A DNA stretch of 64,000 nucleotides. Source: Octopus vulgaris (taxonomy: Eukaryota). The notes beneath the pieces were generated by a model, which was given only the letters and a program-made list of their open reading frames with translations, did not search any database and had not been told where the DNA came from. Made by a program: the position numbers and the translations under genes. The stretch covers positions 57,598,001 to 57,662,000 of the forward strand of contig OX597820.1 of NCBI GenBank assembly GCA_951406725.2, given 5' to 3'. Shown here in pieces: positions 14,597 through 28,790 of the stretch. How positions within the stretch are numbered: the stretch's first letter is position 1; every line of letters starts with the position of its first letter.

Positions 14597-14918
14597 CAGT
14601 GATTCTCAACTGGGATTCATATGGCTCTTGGAGGTCCATACAAGATTTTGTTGGTTATGTGCAATAAATTGGTTGTAATTCTACAATATACAAAATATTA
14701 TAAATTTTTTCATACAATCTCTCTCTTTTACTCGTTTCAGTCATTTGACTGTGGCCATGCTAGAGCACTGCCATTTTAGTCAAGCAAATCGACCCCAGGA
14801 CTTGTTCTTTGTAAGCCTAGTACTTATTCTATCAGTCTCTTTTGTCGAACTGCTAAGTTGCGGGGACGTAAATACACCAGCATCAGTTGTCAAGCGATGG
14901 TGGGGGGGGGGGGAACAA

Positions 14919-14995
<77 letters not shown>

Positions 14996-15281
14996 GCTTC
15001 TTTCAGTTTCCGTCTACCAAATCCACTCACAAGGATCTGGTCGGCCCGATGCTATAGTAGAAGACACTTGCACAAGGTGTCACGCAGCGGGTCTGAACCC
15101 AGAAACATTTGGCTGGTAAGCAAGCTACTTACCACACAGCCTCTCCTAATAATATTTTTAAAATTATTTTTTAATTAAAAAAATGTCATAGGATTCTTTA
15201 AGTATCAAATGGCTATAGGGTCCAGTAGAGTAAAATACGAATCCAAGGGGTCCACAGGTAAAAGACGATTGAGAACCACTG
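14597..15281 (+). mobile_element. hAT (Charlie-like) MITE with a nested SINE
   Basis: TIRs CAGTGATTCTCAA / TTGAGAACCACTG and near-TSD ACCTAGAG / ATCTAGGG. A family A SINE is inserted at 14722-15147. Confidence 0.8.
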
Positions 15282-15375
15282 ATCTAGGGGCTTCCTCACA
15301 GGGGTTATTGCAATGAATAAACAATAAGCATAATTTACAATGTAAAAGAGAAAAAAAAAAATAGCCACAACTTAC

Positions 15376-15883
15376 CATTAGTGTCGTATATGACTTCTTT
15401 ATCATAACCAGAATTTCTCTTTTTGTAAAAGTGCACAACTATCACAGCAACTAGTAGTAAAACCACACTAGTACAAATGATACTAATCAAAGAAAGAGCA
15501 ATAGTTTTCCAAGGGGTTGTATCCTGATTAATAGTTGTTACTAGAGCAGGTTGGTTCATCCGAGGTTTTGTGTAATCAATATTCGGATCAATGTGTATCA
15601 CTGGTTTTTGTGGATCCGGTTTCCAGTACGGATGATGTACCCTGCTTTTGTTTTGCTGTTTATGTTTGCCGCCGACTACAAAACGATTGAACTCCACAAA
15701 GGGCCCGCATGAGAGATCTTCGTAAGGACTGCAGGGGCTGCGAATTATCTCGTTGTCAGGACAAGTTGAACAGTTAACGCATTTTTTAAATGTAGTATTG
15801 TAGTAAGTGTTTGGTGGACAGTGATTATGTGCAGCGAGTGTAAACGCTACCGATAGCGTCATGACAAATGCTACAAGATTCAT
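15376..15883 (-). CDS. wgn-like: First coding exon of a single-CRD TNF receptor superfamily member (Wengen-like); protein continues in downstream exons
   Basis: Acceptor tttatttattcag| with exon start 15895, ATG at 15883 and phase-1 donor AATG|gtaagt at 15376. Translation gives a signal peptide (MNLVAFVMTLSVAFTLA), a CRD with C-x12-C-x2-C-x2-C-x9-C-x7-C spacing (CPPNTYYNTTFKKCVNCSTCPDNEIIRSPCSPYEDLSC), N-glycosylation sequons NTT and NCS, a stalk, a TM helix WKTIALSLISIICTSVVLLLVAVIVVHFY and stop-transfer KKR. The Wengen assignment rests on recalled cysteine spacing and TM pattern, not a search. Confidence 0.9.
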
Positions 15884-16250
15884 GATGACGTTAACCTGAA
15901 TAAATAAAAAGAAAAGATACAAAAAGAAAATTAGAGATGCTTACATTAATTAGAAAATGTAGTTAACATTTAATTAGTAAAATTTAAAAGCTTTCTAAAC
16001 TATCATGTAGAGAAAAGGAACTCTTAACCTTAATCCTTCTAAATAACCCCCTCTAGTATCTGTGACACGATTAAGCCATAAGCATTCAGATTACTCTGCC
16101 AAATATAATGCTTATTTATTCAGTGTTTTGAATTAATCTTGAATTTACTACCTTGTAGCTTCAAACTTTCAATGATGTGATTGTGTATACGTAAATATAC
16201 TTTCTTCCTAGTAACTTACTACCTGACTTTCCACTGCCCTCAATATATAC

Positions 16251-16297
<47 letters not shown>

Positions 16298-16332
16298 TTA
16301 TTTAATACATACATGGTTTTGTGTGCTACTAA

Positions 16333-16560
16333 TCTATTATATAAAATCTGTTCTGTCTGTCTGTGTGTGTGTCATCTAGGATCTCAGGCATCCTCCATCC
16401 GATTGCACTCAAATTTGGTATGTAGATACCGATGGTATCAGGGCGTGCATAAGTCTTGAAAAAATTACAAAAATCGATTCCAGGTGAGAATGCGATCGAT
16501 AAAGCCGTGGGATAGTGCATTTGTAAAATCGTTTTTCTTGGAATAGAAAACAAGTCTATC
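16333..16560 (+). mobile_element. 5' portion of a Helitron/Helentron-like non-autonomous element
   Basis: A|TCTATTATATAAAA start, then (GTCT)n/(GT)n and a ccgattgcactcaaatttgg motif. No 3' CTAG terminus identified. Confidence 0.5.
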
Positions 16561-18356
16561 TTTATCTCTTCTTTTGCTGGTGTCTCAAATTTAGGTTAAA
16601 TCAGTGTTTCTCAAAGGGGAGGCCTATGGGACAGTCAGACAAGTTGTTTTGAGAAAATTTGATTCAAATGTTTGACAACTCAGCACTGTCCATTGGATGG
16701 GGGGTGGGGGTGTTTTGCTCATAGTTTCATATGTTGAGAAATACCTTCATCAGGCACAAATCACATATGATATGTTTGACTAGAACTGGCAAGCTGAAGA
16801 GCTGCGCCAGATACCATAGTCTGATTTGTCTTAGTTTCAATGGGTGGATAACCTTACTAAAGCCACCCACTTTAAGGGGGTAATGGGTGTGTGTGTGTTT
16901 TTTTTTTTTAATTTTCTCTTCTTTTGCAGGCATAGGTGTGTGATAGGGTTCTGTGCTATTGCATGCCATGTTGGGCAAGTCTTGTCTATTACAGCTCCAA
17001 GCCAACTAAAGCCTTGTGGGTAGATCTGGTGGACAGAAACTGAAGGAAGCCTGCTGTGTGTGTTTGCGCATGCATGTGCATGTATATTTGTGTGCATTAG
17101 GGTGTACACATGTCTAGCCGAAGGTTGTAAATGCACTCAAGTTATACGAGGTTGTTCATTTCCAGTTTTCCATTAAAAAAAAACAGTTACAAGGTAAGTG
17201 GAAAATATTATCTTGCTTGGAAACAAGGGAGGGTTAGTGAGTGTAAAGGCATCATCCAGCAAAGGAAAAATCAGCTTCAACAAATACTTCATCTGGTCCA
17301 CACACAAATATGGCAAAATGGACATTAAATGATGATGATGATGATGATGATGACAGTGATTTTGTGCATATACACAAATATTCACCTCACACTATTTTTG
17401 AAAATTCTGGAATTACTTTAAATTACTGTAAATAAATGCAAATAAATCTTAGAAAAAAAAACTCAGTCTTCATCTTCCATTTCTTCATCTTGTGCTCATG
17501 TGGAATCAAAAACTACTACTTCGACACACACAGTGTGTATGTGTGTGTGTGTGTATGTATATATATATATATATATATATATCGGTGAATGGCTTAGTGG
17601 TTAAGGTGTTGCACTCACGATTGTGAGTTCACGAGTTCAATTCCCACACCGGGTGGTGTGTTGTGTTCCTGAGCAAAGCACATTATTTCATGTTGCTCTG
17701 CGGATCATTTCGACATCTGACATGTGGCACCTGTTTCTATCTGTGCAAGTAATGTCGATCTGATGGAGGGAATGAGTTTATATGTCTCCACAAATATTTG
17801 ATCGCTATAAACAAATCGTCTCTGTGGTTCTTCGGTAAAGAAATTGTCAAACCTTCATATATCGTCTAACGACGGGAGAGTCCATCATATCTATAATTAC
17901 ACATGCAGATATATAAGCTTTAGAATAGGTACATCATTACCCTGTATTTTGAAAAAGGGCAACCAAAAGGGTGATGACACCTACTCAACTTATTGAGCAA
18001 GGAAAAGATGATATAAAATGATGACAACAGCAAAATGTATATATGTATATAGAAGCGTACAAGTGTATGTGTACACACATGTACATAATTCCAATAGTCT
18101 ATAATTGACGACCACAGTCCAAAGCAATATAGTAGGATAGCTATAATTTGATAGATTTAAATTAAATAATCAATGTTAGTACTACCTATTATAAATCAGT
18201 GACTGGAAAACCTGTCAGAAACTAAGTGTTCTGAAGATTAAATCAATTCCAGGAAGTTGTAAAATATGATGTTTATCTTATGTTAGCCATTAAAATAAGT
18301 CAGTAATGATCTCAAACTGTATGTACAAAAAATGTCTTTAAAAACCCCAGCAAACT

Positions 18357-18403
<47 letters not shown>

Positions 18404-18627
18404 CACACACACACACATACATACGAATATGCATACATATATTTCTTTTTCTAAGATCTAAACCATTTAATTTCTCATTCCTTTTGTTATTGAAGTAATA
18501 TTTTTGAAAGACTGATAAAAGTGAAAAAAAAAAAAAGACAACTTTTTTATTCAAATATTATAGTTATGATATAAAGCTTATAATTTACTGAGGCATCATG
18601 ATACAAAAAAACAAACAAGACACATGC

Positions 18628-18673
<46 letters not shown>

Positions 18674-19017
18674 GCATATATATTTATATATATATGCATA
18701 TTTATATAAATATATATGATAATATATATTATATATATATATATGAGAGAGAGATACCTACACACCCCATTGACATAAATGAATTTTAAGACAAAATTTT
18801 ATAATAAAAAAAAACAGTAAAGGAACTCTGTAAATTTACATTTACAGTTCACAATAGGCTTAAAAAAAGAAAAGAAAAATTTACATTTCATATTTCAAAC
18901 ATATTTTTATTCAAATTTTTACAGAATATTAATGTAGATGTATGTCTGTCTGTCTGTCTGCACAGAAATATATCTGTGTACGTGTGTGAATATATACATA
19001 AGCTTGTGTGTGTTTTG

Positions 19018-19055
<38 letters not shown>

Positions 19056-19624
19056 CATACATACATACACATTCTGTGCTAAGTACGTGTTTGCATAGTA
19101 TGTACATGTAAATATATATATATATATATATATATGGTGTGTCTGTGAGAGAGAGAGAGAGAGAGAGAGAGAGGAGGGAGTATGCATATATGGTGTGTGT
19201 GAGAGAGCGAGGAGGGGAGAGAGAGAGAACGGCAATGAAAAGAAGCTTCTGCTGCTAATTAACATAAAAACACAGCTTTTGCATCATGTACTTTTCTCAT
19301 CATTTAAACTCAGATGTTGGAACACACACACAACTTTTTGCATAGAGGTATATCGATACATATATAAATACGTGGATATATACATACACATCATACACAC
19401 ACACACACACACACACATGCAAGTATACCATCGCATATACATGTACATACATGTCAATAGACATACTTATCATACCTCCATATATAAAGAATACACAGGA
19501 GATGTTTGTAAAACTTTGGAGCAATGCAGGTGAAGAATTAATCAAAATATGTAAGGTGGTGTCAATACAGAAAAGACAAAAGATATCGTATTCTTACATA
19601 GATTGCTTAACACTCTTAACATTC

Positions 19625-19924
19625 TATTTTCACTTATGCGCCCTTTTCAAGCCAAACCAGGCTCATGGGTCCAGTTTCCTGGTTTCTACGGCGTATGTGT
19701 TCCCCCCAGCTGGACGGGACGCCAGTCCATTGCGGCGTTACTCAAGAAACAGGAAGAAAGAGTGAGAGACAGTTGGGGCGAAAAAGTACAACAGGGGTTG
19801 CCACCACCCCCTGCTGGAGCCTCGTGGAGCTAATAAACACACACAACACCTGGCCTGGGAATCGAAACCGCGATTCTCCGACCATGAGTCTGCTGCCCTA
19901 ACCACTGGGCCATTGCGCCTCCAC
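19625..19924 (-). mobile_element. tRNA-derived SINE family D
   Basis: Head gtggaggcgcaatggcccagtggttagggcag...ggtttcgattcc with A and B boxes. Related heads or copies lie at about 11708-12005(-), 12040-12322(-), 17584-17890, 22345-22690(-), 23870-24212(-), 35415-35690, 38061-38215 and 56710-56835. Confidence 0.8.
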
Positions 19925-20704
19925 TCTTAACATTTATACCAGCCATATTCATCCAAAATATTCTAGCTGTTGTATGACCAAACTGGCCAGATCCAGCCTC
20001 ACACACACACCTATCTCACAATGTCGTTCTAAAATAAACAATCATATCATTGAAATCTCAAAGCTATGAAAAAATGAGTAATTAAAATCAATGAGAATAA
20101 ATAAAAAATCTGAATACTTAAAGGTTAACGATTCCATGGTATTTTGGGATTTGGGATTAATCTCCTTTTGAATAAGGTATATAAATTACTCAGTGGATTT
20201 CAGAAATCCAGGTTTATTGGCAAACCAATAAGAACTTTCTTCTGAAATTTTAGAGGATTATTTAACAAACTATGTAAGATAGCATAAGGCAATGGTTTTA
20301 GTTTGTCCTGTTGTGACATCATTGTAAATATTTTTGACTGACTACACTTAGACATGGCTTAACCCTACAACATTTAAACTGGCCACATCTAGCCCAAATA
20401 TTGTGATGATACTAAAAAATAAGCAATTATATCATCAAAATCTCAAATAATACACAATTCGAAATAATGCAAATCAATAATTCTCTCTTTTACTTGTATC
20501 AGTCATTTGACTGCGGCCACGCTAGAGCACCACCTGTAGTTGAACAAATAGACCCCAGGACTTATTCTTTGTAAGCCTAGTTATTTATTCTATTGGTCTC
20601 TCTTGCTGAACTGATAAGTTATGGGGACGTAAACACACCAACATCGGTGTCAAGCAATGGTGGTGGTGGACAAACACAGACACACAAATACATATATATA
20701 TACA

Positions 20705-20746
<42 letters not shown>

Positions 20747-23656
20747 TCATTTAACTCTGTTGTCCATGCTGGCGTGGGTTGGAGAGTTTGCACCAGGATC
20801 TAGTCTGATCTGGCATAGTTTTCTATGGCTGGATGCCCTTCCTAATGCTAACCACTCCAAGAGTGTAATAAGTGCTTTTATGTGCCAGTGGCACAGGTGC
20901 CATTTGCGTGACACTGGTATCTGCCATGACTGATTTTGCTTGGCTTGATGGGTCTTCTAAAGCATGACATAATGTCAAAGATCTTGGTCATTGCTTCCAT
21001 GAAAACTAACACTCAAAAGGAGCTCGACCACTTTGCCTCCATGAGGCCCAACACTTGGAAGAAACTCAGCCACTTCACGACGGGCTTCTTTCAGTTTCTG
21101 TCTACCAAATCCACTCACAAGGCTCTGGTTAGACTGAGGCTATATTAGAAGACACTCGCCCAAAGTGCCACGCAATAGGACTGAACCCGGAACTATGTGG
21201 TTGGAAAGCAAGCTTCTTACCACACAGCCACTCCTGCGCCTACAAGTATAACATTTGGCAAAAATGAACCTTAATACTAAGGGTTAAAGCTTTTATAAAC
21301 ATCTCATTTTTTACACACAATACTTAAAGAGTAGCACTGTAGGCAAGCATCTACAATAGTCCATGGCGAACTAAAGCCTCGTCAATGGATTTCATAGATG
21401 GAAACTGAAAAAAGCTGGATGTGAATAATAACTGATACAAGTAGAGTTGATTCTACAGTGTACTGACACACCGAACTTCTGTGGTACCTTTGGGTAACTA
21501 AAAGACATTCAGTCCTGGTTGAAAAGTAGTTGGTGATGAAAAGAACAGTCAGCTAAAATCTTACTAACAAAGAATCCACAACATTTACTTTAACAGAGGT
21601 AGTTGTTTCTATTACCTATTTATTATCAGTTACTGTTTCCAATGAGAGATTGGAGTAGCAGGACACTTCAGAGAGGTGCCCAACCCATGCTAGCATGAAA
21701 AAGAAAATTGTGATGGTAATTAATGAATGTGGCTATATGCATGAGTATGGCTTTGTCGTGAAGTAGTTTGCTCCCCAACCGCATGGTTCTGGGTTCGGTC
21801 CAAAGCTTTGCGAGTGGATTAATTAGACAGAAACTGAAAGAAGCTCTGCGAACTGACAGAAACGTTAGCATGCTGGGCGAAATGCTTATTGGTATTTCGT
21901 CTGTCATTACATTCTGATTTCAAATTCCGCTAAGGTAGACTTTGCCTTTCATCCTTTCGGAGTTGATAAATTAAGTTCCAGTTATGCACTGGGGTCGATG
22001 TAATCGACTTAATCCCTTTGTCTGTCCTTGATTGTCCCCTCTATGTTCAGCCCCTTGTGGGCACTAAAGAAATAAGAAACTGAAAGAAGCCCATCATGAG
22101 TGTGTGTGTGTACCATTGTTCAGTAACCAGCAGGCTGGTTTGTTTGCATCCCCATAACTTAGCAGTTTTATATAAAAAGACTGATAGAATATTTGTCTTA
22201 AAACATTAGAAAAAAAAAATAATAATAGGGTTAACTCATTTGACTAAACCCCTTCAAGGTGGGGGGGGTCATAGCATGGTCGCAATCCAACAACAGAAAC
22301 AAGTAAAAGATGAATGTAAAACTAGTGAGCGGAGCTAAATATAAAAGGGTAAAGACCCACTTTGGTCATGAATGACCATGGGATTGAACCTAGGAAGTTC
22401 CCGTTCGAGGCACAAGTCCGGACAAGGTTATTTATGGAAGACCAGCACTTGCCCACATGTACCAGTCTTCCTTCTCCATGCTACTGATGTTATATCCAAG
22501 GGAAAGGCAAAGGTTGATACAGCTTGGCACCAATGACATCACAATTCATTTATACAGTTGAATGAATTGGGAGTTATGTGAAATAAAGTGTCTTGCTCAA
22601 GAACACAATACACAACCCGGTATGGGAATTAAACTCACTACCTCATGATTGTGAGCCCAATACTCTAACCACAGAGCCATGTGCCTTCACTGGTGGTAAA
22701 TATAAGACTTGAGAATGAATGCAAGAAGATTGCATCTCCACTATTCCAGTTTAGTTAATTACATGCTTATATTGACATGATTCGACTTATTCCTATAGCA
22801 GTCCAATTACTATCATTATTAAAGATGAAACATTCGTAAGGTGTAATTATGGGGTTTTTTTATGCTTGCAGCTAGTAAGCAACAGAACAGCTCCAGTTTA
22901 TAAATAAATAATATTCTATCCACAACCTTACAAAAAGCTTAGGTGAAATTATCTTCATATTGCATTATTTTTCTCTTGCTGCCATTTTGTATGTTTTACT
23001 GGTTGCACTATTGAGGGTGTTTCTTAAGGAGCTTCTGGTGAATTTGTCAATATAAGGACATCCTTTTGAAAAGGGAACATTTGAGTCACAGGCATGGCTG
23101 TGTGGTAAGAAGTTTGCTTCCCAATCACATGGTTTTGGTTTCAGTCCTACTGAGTGGCACCTTGGGCAAGCTTTTTCTTTAGTTTCATGCTGATAAAAAA
23201 TGCTTTGTGAGTAAATATGGTAAGCAGAAACTGAAATAAATTCATTGTGCTTGCTTTGTGTGTGTATATTACCTTTGAAGTGCGAGTAGATGAAACAGGG
23301 ACAACCGAAGAAGGGGAATATTCTCTATGTTGTTATGTCTCATTTCTGTTTTTTCGTTGTTTGAAAAAAAGCTTGTTTCTGTTTTTGTTTCTCATTGTGT
23401 TCAATGTTTTTTTGATGTCCTGTACCCATATATGCATGTATATATGCATATTTTTATATATTAATTATATAGCAAAATTTAGATTCAGATGAATAGGGTA
23501 CTGAAGTAGCATGAAACGATTGTACTACACTACCTTGGATATCCTTGTTGCTTATTTTGATTATGTGTGTGTGTATATATATATAAATCAATAAAAACAA
23601 TGTAATACTGAAAAGGAAAATTACAGTCATCAGTTAAGGAATGGAGTAGACAAGAT

Positions 23657-23746
23657 CTGGGCTACATATGTTTCATAGCTAGCAGAACCTTGGAAGTGGT
23701 AAATATCAAAGTGAGGTGTATACTGCCGGTTACTCATCAAGCCAAG
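23657..23746 (-). ncRNA. Degenerate type I hammerhead motif
   Basis: CUUGGC-UUGAUGA-GUAACCGGCAG...CUGCUAGCUAU-GAAA-C-AUAU-GUA|GCCCAG, with a C3U core change and two stem II mismatches. Confidence 0.55.
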
Positions 23747-24220
23747 GGTATCTTGATTAAATGAAAGTTTAAATTGTCACAAGAATGTACATGTTGACAA
23801 ATGGAAGATTTGGAAGCAAACTTTCCACACCTCAATTCTTGAATCTTTATATTTATATATATATATATATAGACCCTCCTCAATCATGAATAACCATGGT
23901 ATTGCACCAAGAAAATCCCGCACCCCACCAAGCACAAGTCTGGGCAAGTTTTATGGAAGATCAGCAGTCACCCATGCATACCGGACGCCCCTCTCCATGC
24001 CACCGATGTCATCCAAGGTGAAGGCAAAGGCCAAGGCCCATACAGCTTGGCACCAGTGATGTCGCAACCCATTTCTACAGTTGAGTGAATTGGAACAATG
24101 TGAAATAAAGTGTCTTGCTCAAGAACACGACACATAGCCCAGTCTGGGAATTGAGCTCACTACCTTGTGATTATGAGCCTGATGCTCAAACCACGGAGCT
24201 ATTTGCCTTCACATATATAC

Positions 24221-24438
24221 AGAAGTCACCCGACAGTAAATCAAAATTCCATAAATACTATCTGTAATTTTGTATTGACTCACATGGAAAAATGTGTCGC
24301 ACATGAAGGACTTCAGTTTGAACAATTTTCATGAGGTTTCATATTTAATATGCTTTTATTAAATTTATTCAGTTTTTAAACATTAAATAAATCTGGGAAT
24401 TGAATTAAATGGTTTTGATTTGCTATCAGGTGACTTTT
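24221..24438. mobile_element. Probable MITE with ~30-bp imperfect TIRs
   Basis: agaagtcacccgacagtaaatcaaaa pairs with ttttgatttgctatcaggtgactttt. Confidence 0.55.
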
Positions 24439-24716
24439 AAGCTAATCCTGTGCACGCATGTGTGTGTTTTGTCCAACTGTTGACTTTTTCCATGTTCAAA
24501 CCAGGAAGATCTGACTAACCACAACAATCCTACAATGTCATGCAAAATATAACCATCACATCACTGAAATCTCAACGTTATAAGATAAATGTATGACTAA
24601 ATCAAAACAATGTGAATAAATTTAAGTATTACATTTGGCAGAGAAATCTGAATACTAAAGGGTTAAAGATGGCAAGGCGTGATTCCACTACTATTTTGTA
24701 AAAGAAAATCTAGTTT

Positions 24717-25100
24717 ACTCTTTACTCTTTTACTTGTTTCAGTCATTTGACTGCGGCCATGCTGGAGCACCGCCTTTAGTCGAGCAAATCGATCCCGGGA
24801 CTTATTCTTTGTAAGCCCAGTACTTATTCTATCGGTCTCTTTTTTGCCGAACCGCTAAGTGACGGGGACGTAAACACACCAGCATCGGTTGTCAAGCAAT
24901 GCTAGGGGGACAAACACAGACACACAAACATACATATATATACATATATACGACAGGCTTCTTTCAGTTTCCGTCTACCAAATCCACTCACAGGGCATTG
25001 GTCGGCCCGGGGCTATAGCAGAAGACACTTGCCCAAGTGCCACGCAGTGGGACTGAACCCGGAACCATGTGGTTGGTTAGCAAGCTACATACCACACAGC
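24717..25100 (-). mobile_element. SINE family A, young minus-strand copy
   Basis: Near-consensus copy with CpGs intact. Other minus-strand copies lie at about 12346-12675, 14722-15147, 20485-21242, 29245-29525, 34790-35060, 38393-38766 and 40935-41220. Confidence 0.9.
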
Positions 25101-25164
25101 CAAGTTCTGCTATAGTACATTTCGGAATTTGGGGATATATTCGAGTATTCCGGCATGCCGTTTC

Positions 25165-25280
25165 GGCGGAGGTAAAGAATACGCACACCAAGCGTTTTCG
25201 GCGCAACAAAAACTCTAACCCTAAGACTAAGACTAATTCTAACCCCTAAATACTGGGTGTGCATATTCTTTACTTTCGCC
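25165..25280. mobile_element. 116-bp GG-terminal MITE with 9-bp TSD
   Basis: 25-bp TIRs ggcggaggtaaagaatacgcacacc / ggtgtgcatattctttactttcgcc. Perfect TSD TGCCGTTTC at 25156-25164 and 25281-25289. Internal CTAACCCTAA-like repeats. Confidence 0.88.
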
Positions 25281-26119
25281 TGCCGTTTCTATGTAGTAGA
25301 TGATCGTTGTGCGCGCACACACAAACAGGCGGCTGTGATACGAGGGGAATCCGGCTGCTATATCTAGCAATAAGTGTTGTGGTAGTAGTAGTAGTGGTGG
25401 TTCAAAACCCATGCAGAAATGTTGCTTTCAGAATAAAACATGCTGATTCTGTTGGGTTTGGGGGAAAAGTCATTCTCTTTTGGTGCCTTATAATTTAACA
25501 CAATCACCCGTAAAATTTCCACTTATTTCTTTCTTATTTTTCTAAAATTTCCGTTGCGTCTTGCAACCTTTTCAATAGTTTTGACTTAAACATGCTAAAA
25601 CTTCTCAAAAAAAAAAAAAAGTGTGTGCGAAGGAAACCGCGGGGTCTAATGTTACTTTATATCCCCGACTTAAATCCCTTTTAAACGAGTCCTATTGCAG
25701 TCAACAGATATAAAATTTGGGAGAGAAAACGTGTGCGTGCTGTTGTGTATGTGTGTGTTAAGTAATGTGTGTGTTAAGTAAAGTGTTTAGTACGAAGTGT
25801 GAAAAACGAACATTATAGCATTATAATTTCGTTAAATATTTTCAACTTTGTGGGAGACAGAAGAAATTAGGAGATCAAGAAAGCCGGAATGATATTCCCC
25901 GAGATACCATTCATTACACGTGTTTAGAACTGGTTTGTGTTAGTGTGTGTGAATATATATATATATATATATAACATATATATATTGAAAGTAATATATA
26001 TAACAGTATATACATTCATCACCATACAAAGAGTCTGTATAGCCATCTATGTAAGCAAATATACATATAAGAATATATATACATATGCACAACATACATT
26101 ATGTGTGTGTGTGCGCGTG

Positions 26120-26153
<34 letters not shown>

Positions 26154-26519
26154 TGTATAATATTTAAATGGATTGCAGGCATACTCACACACACACACAC
26201 ACACACACGTAACATTTACATGTACAGCTCACACACACGGTTGAAATAGAATTTACTTGGAGGATTACATGCCCGAATTACGCACACACACACACACTTA
26301 CACACACACAAACTACGCGCGCGCGCACTGGAATTCTTGTCGAGGCTGGAAATGATTAGTAAGCAGAGTTGAGATGGAGGCAGCTTGTGAAAACTAATAT
26401 CGCACCCACGTTAAAACATCACAGCACAACATATACGCTTCGTACTCAACGGCAAAAACAAGATTCACATAATATGTAAAATCTGTGTCTGCGAGTGTAT
26501 GGTATGAGAGCGTGCGCGC

Positions 26520-26667
26520 GTATGTATAAATGTATATATATATATGTATATGTGCGTGTGTATGTATGTATAAAGATATAGATATGTACGTATGTATATC
26601 TCTATATACGTGTGTATGTATGTATAAAGATATATATACGTAAGTATGTATATCTATCTATCTATAT

Positions 26668-26720
<53 letters not shown>

Positions 26721-26761
26721 GTATCTATATGTATATCTATATATACATACATATCTATATC

Positions 26762-26804
<43 letters not shown>

Positions 26805-26837
26805 CTATATATACATACATATCTATATCTGTGTGTG

Positions 26838-26871
<34 letters not shown>

Positions 26872-26971
26872 GATATAGATATGTATGTATATATATCTAT
26901 ATATACATACATATCTATATATGTATATCTATATATACATACATATCTATATATACATACATATCTATATC

Positions 26972-27003
<32 letters not shown>

Positions 27004-27117
27004 AATGTATCTATATGTATATCTATATATACATACATATCTATATCTGTGTATATATATATATATATATATATAAATGTATCTATATGTATATCTATAT
27101 ATACATACATATCTATA

Positions 27118-27158
<41 letters not shown>

Positions 27159-27269
27159 GTATCTATATGTATATCTATACATACATATCTATATCTATAT
27201 ACATACATATCTATATCTATACACATATATCTATATACATATACATATATCTATATACATATATCTATC

Positions 27270-27318
<49 letters not shown>

Positions 27319-27322
27319 ATGT
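26520..27322. repeat. Compound TA/TATC/TACA micro- and minisatellite
   Basis: About 800 bp of reiterated gtatctatatgtatatctatatatacatacatatctatatct units separated by (TA)n. Similar compound arrays lie at 28800-29240 and 62100-62600. Confidence 0.95.
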
Positions 27323-28641
27323 AGTGTTGTGTGCACGCAAGCTCGGAGTCAGGTTTTATGTGTTTTAAGCTTATAAAAGCTGTTGACCAAACACAGAGAA
27401 GTGATCAGATGATATTATGTCAAAAGAATATTTAATGTCTATTTCAAAGAGTTTAACTTAACATAATGTCAGAGATAAAATATTTTATATTCCAATGATT
27501 TATTTTAATAGTAATAATAATAATTATTATTATAATTATACCGATGACTGAAGAAGAAATGGAATTATAATTGCAATAATAATAATAATAATAATAATAG
27601 GAGTGGCTGTGTGGTAAGTAGCTTGTTTACCGGGTTCAGTCCCACTGCATGGCACCTTGGGCAAGTGTCTTCTACTATAGCCTCGGGCCGACCAAAGTTT
27701 TGTGAGTGGATTTGGTAGACGGAAACTTAAAGAAGCCCATCGTATATATGTGTATATATATATGTGTGTGTGTGTGCGTGCGTGTATGTTTGTCCCCCTA
27801 GCGTTGCTTGACAACCGATGCTGGTGTGTTTATGTCCCCGTCACTTAGCGGTTCTGCAAAAGAGACCGATAGAATAAGTACTGGGCTTACAAAAGAATAA
27901 GTCCCGGAGTAGAATTGCTCGATTAAAGGCGATGCTCCAGCATGGCCGCAGTCAAATGACTGAAACAAGTAAAAGAGTAAACTATATTTATATTATATGT
28001 ATGTGAAGGCGGTGAGCAGGCAGAATTGTTACCGTGCCGGACAAAATGCTGAGCAGCATTTCCTCCGGTTTTAACGTCCTCAGTCGAAATGTTGCCTAGT
28101 TGACTATGCCACGATTTGAAACCATTATATAATGTGTGGATGTTTGGTAAAAATTTGGATTCCCAAACACTATGGTTCCCGGTTTATTTCTACTGTGTGG
28201 CACCTCGAGGAAAATACCTTTCGACCAAAACCTTGTGATACTTAAAGGTCCCTAAAAACTAACCCTAACCCTACGGGACCTCTGTATTTATATTTAAGTA
28301 GTGCCAGTGTATTTGGTAGACATAAACTGAAAGGGTTTCGCGTGTGCGTGTGTCTGTTTACCTACCACCACGACCACCACAAGTTGACTATGTTGGTTTG
28401 TTTACGTCCTCGTAACTTAACGTTTCGGAGGTTTTGAAAAATATGCAATGGGATCGATTTGTCACTGCAAAACCTTTCATAGCAGGCAAGTGCCCCAGCT
28501 TGGTCAGGTCAGGTCAGAGTCGAAACAAGTAAAAGTTAGGTGTTGGAGTGTGCGTGTGTATGTGTTATATAAGAGACCGAAACGACTCCAGCAACAGTAA
28601 TTAGCAGACAACACCCACTCGTAAGAGATAGAGTAACTTAC

Positions 28642-28790
28642 ATTCAACACAAAGAAAAACTTCAAGTGTATGAAAACAAACAAAAAAAGGAGGGGGGAAC
28701 CAAGTTACAGCAGTTAGCAGGCTGGATGGGAGGAAGAGAACTAAAACGTGGTTTGTGTCAAGGAGTGAAGTCCTTCGAAAATTTATCATA
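28642..28790 (-). other. Candidate non-coding 5' exon or promoter region of the TNFR gene
   Basis: Non-repetitive pyrimidine-rich segment ending in a consensus donor GAAT|gtaagtt at 28642, inside a relatively CpG-rich zone. The coding exon needs an upstream exon because its acceptor lies 12 nt before the ATG. Confidence 0.3.

Noticed and set aside
15335-15922. The 195-aa ORF as a complete single-exon gene
   Set aside because: Both ends run into intron sequence: a pyrimidine tract before 15895 and a gtaagt donor after 15376.
26646-27376. Long ORFs of 100-240 aa rich in YI/CV/HT (also 28666-29322, 47676-48590 and 62024-63857)
   Set aside because: They are translations of TA/CA/TACA microsatellites that lack stop codons by composition.
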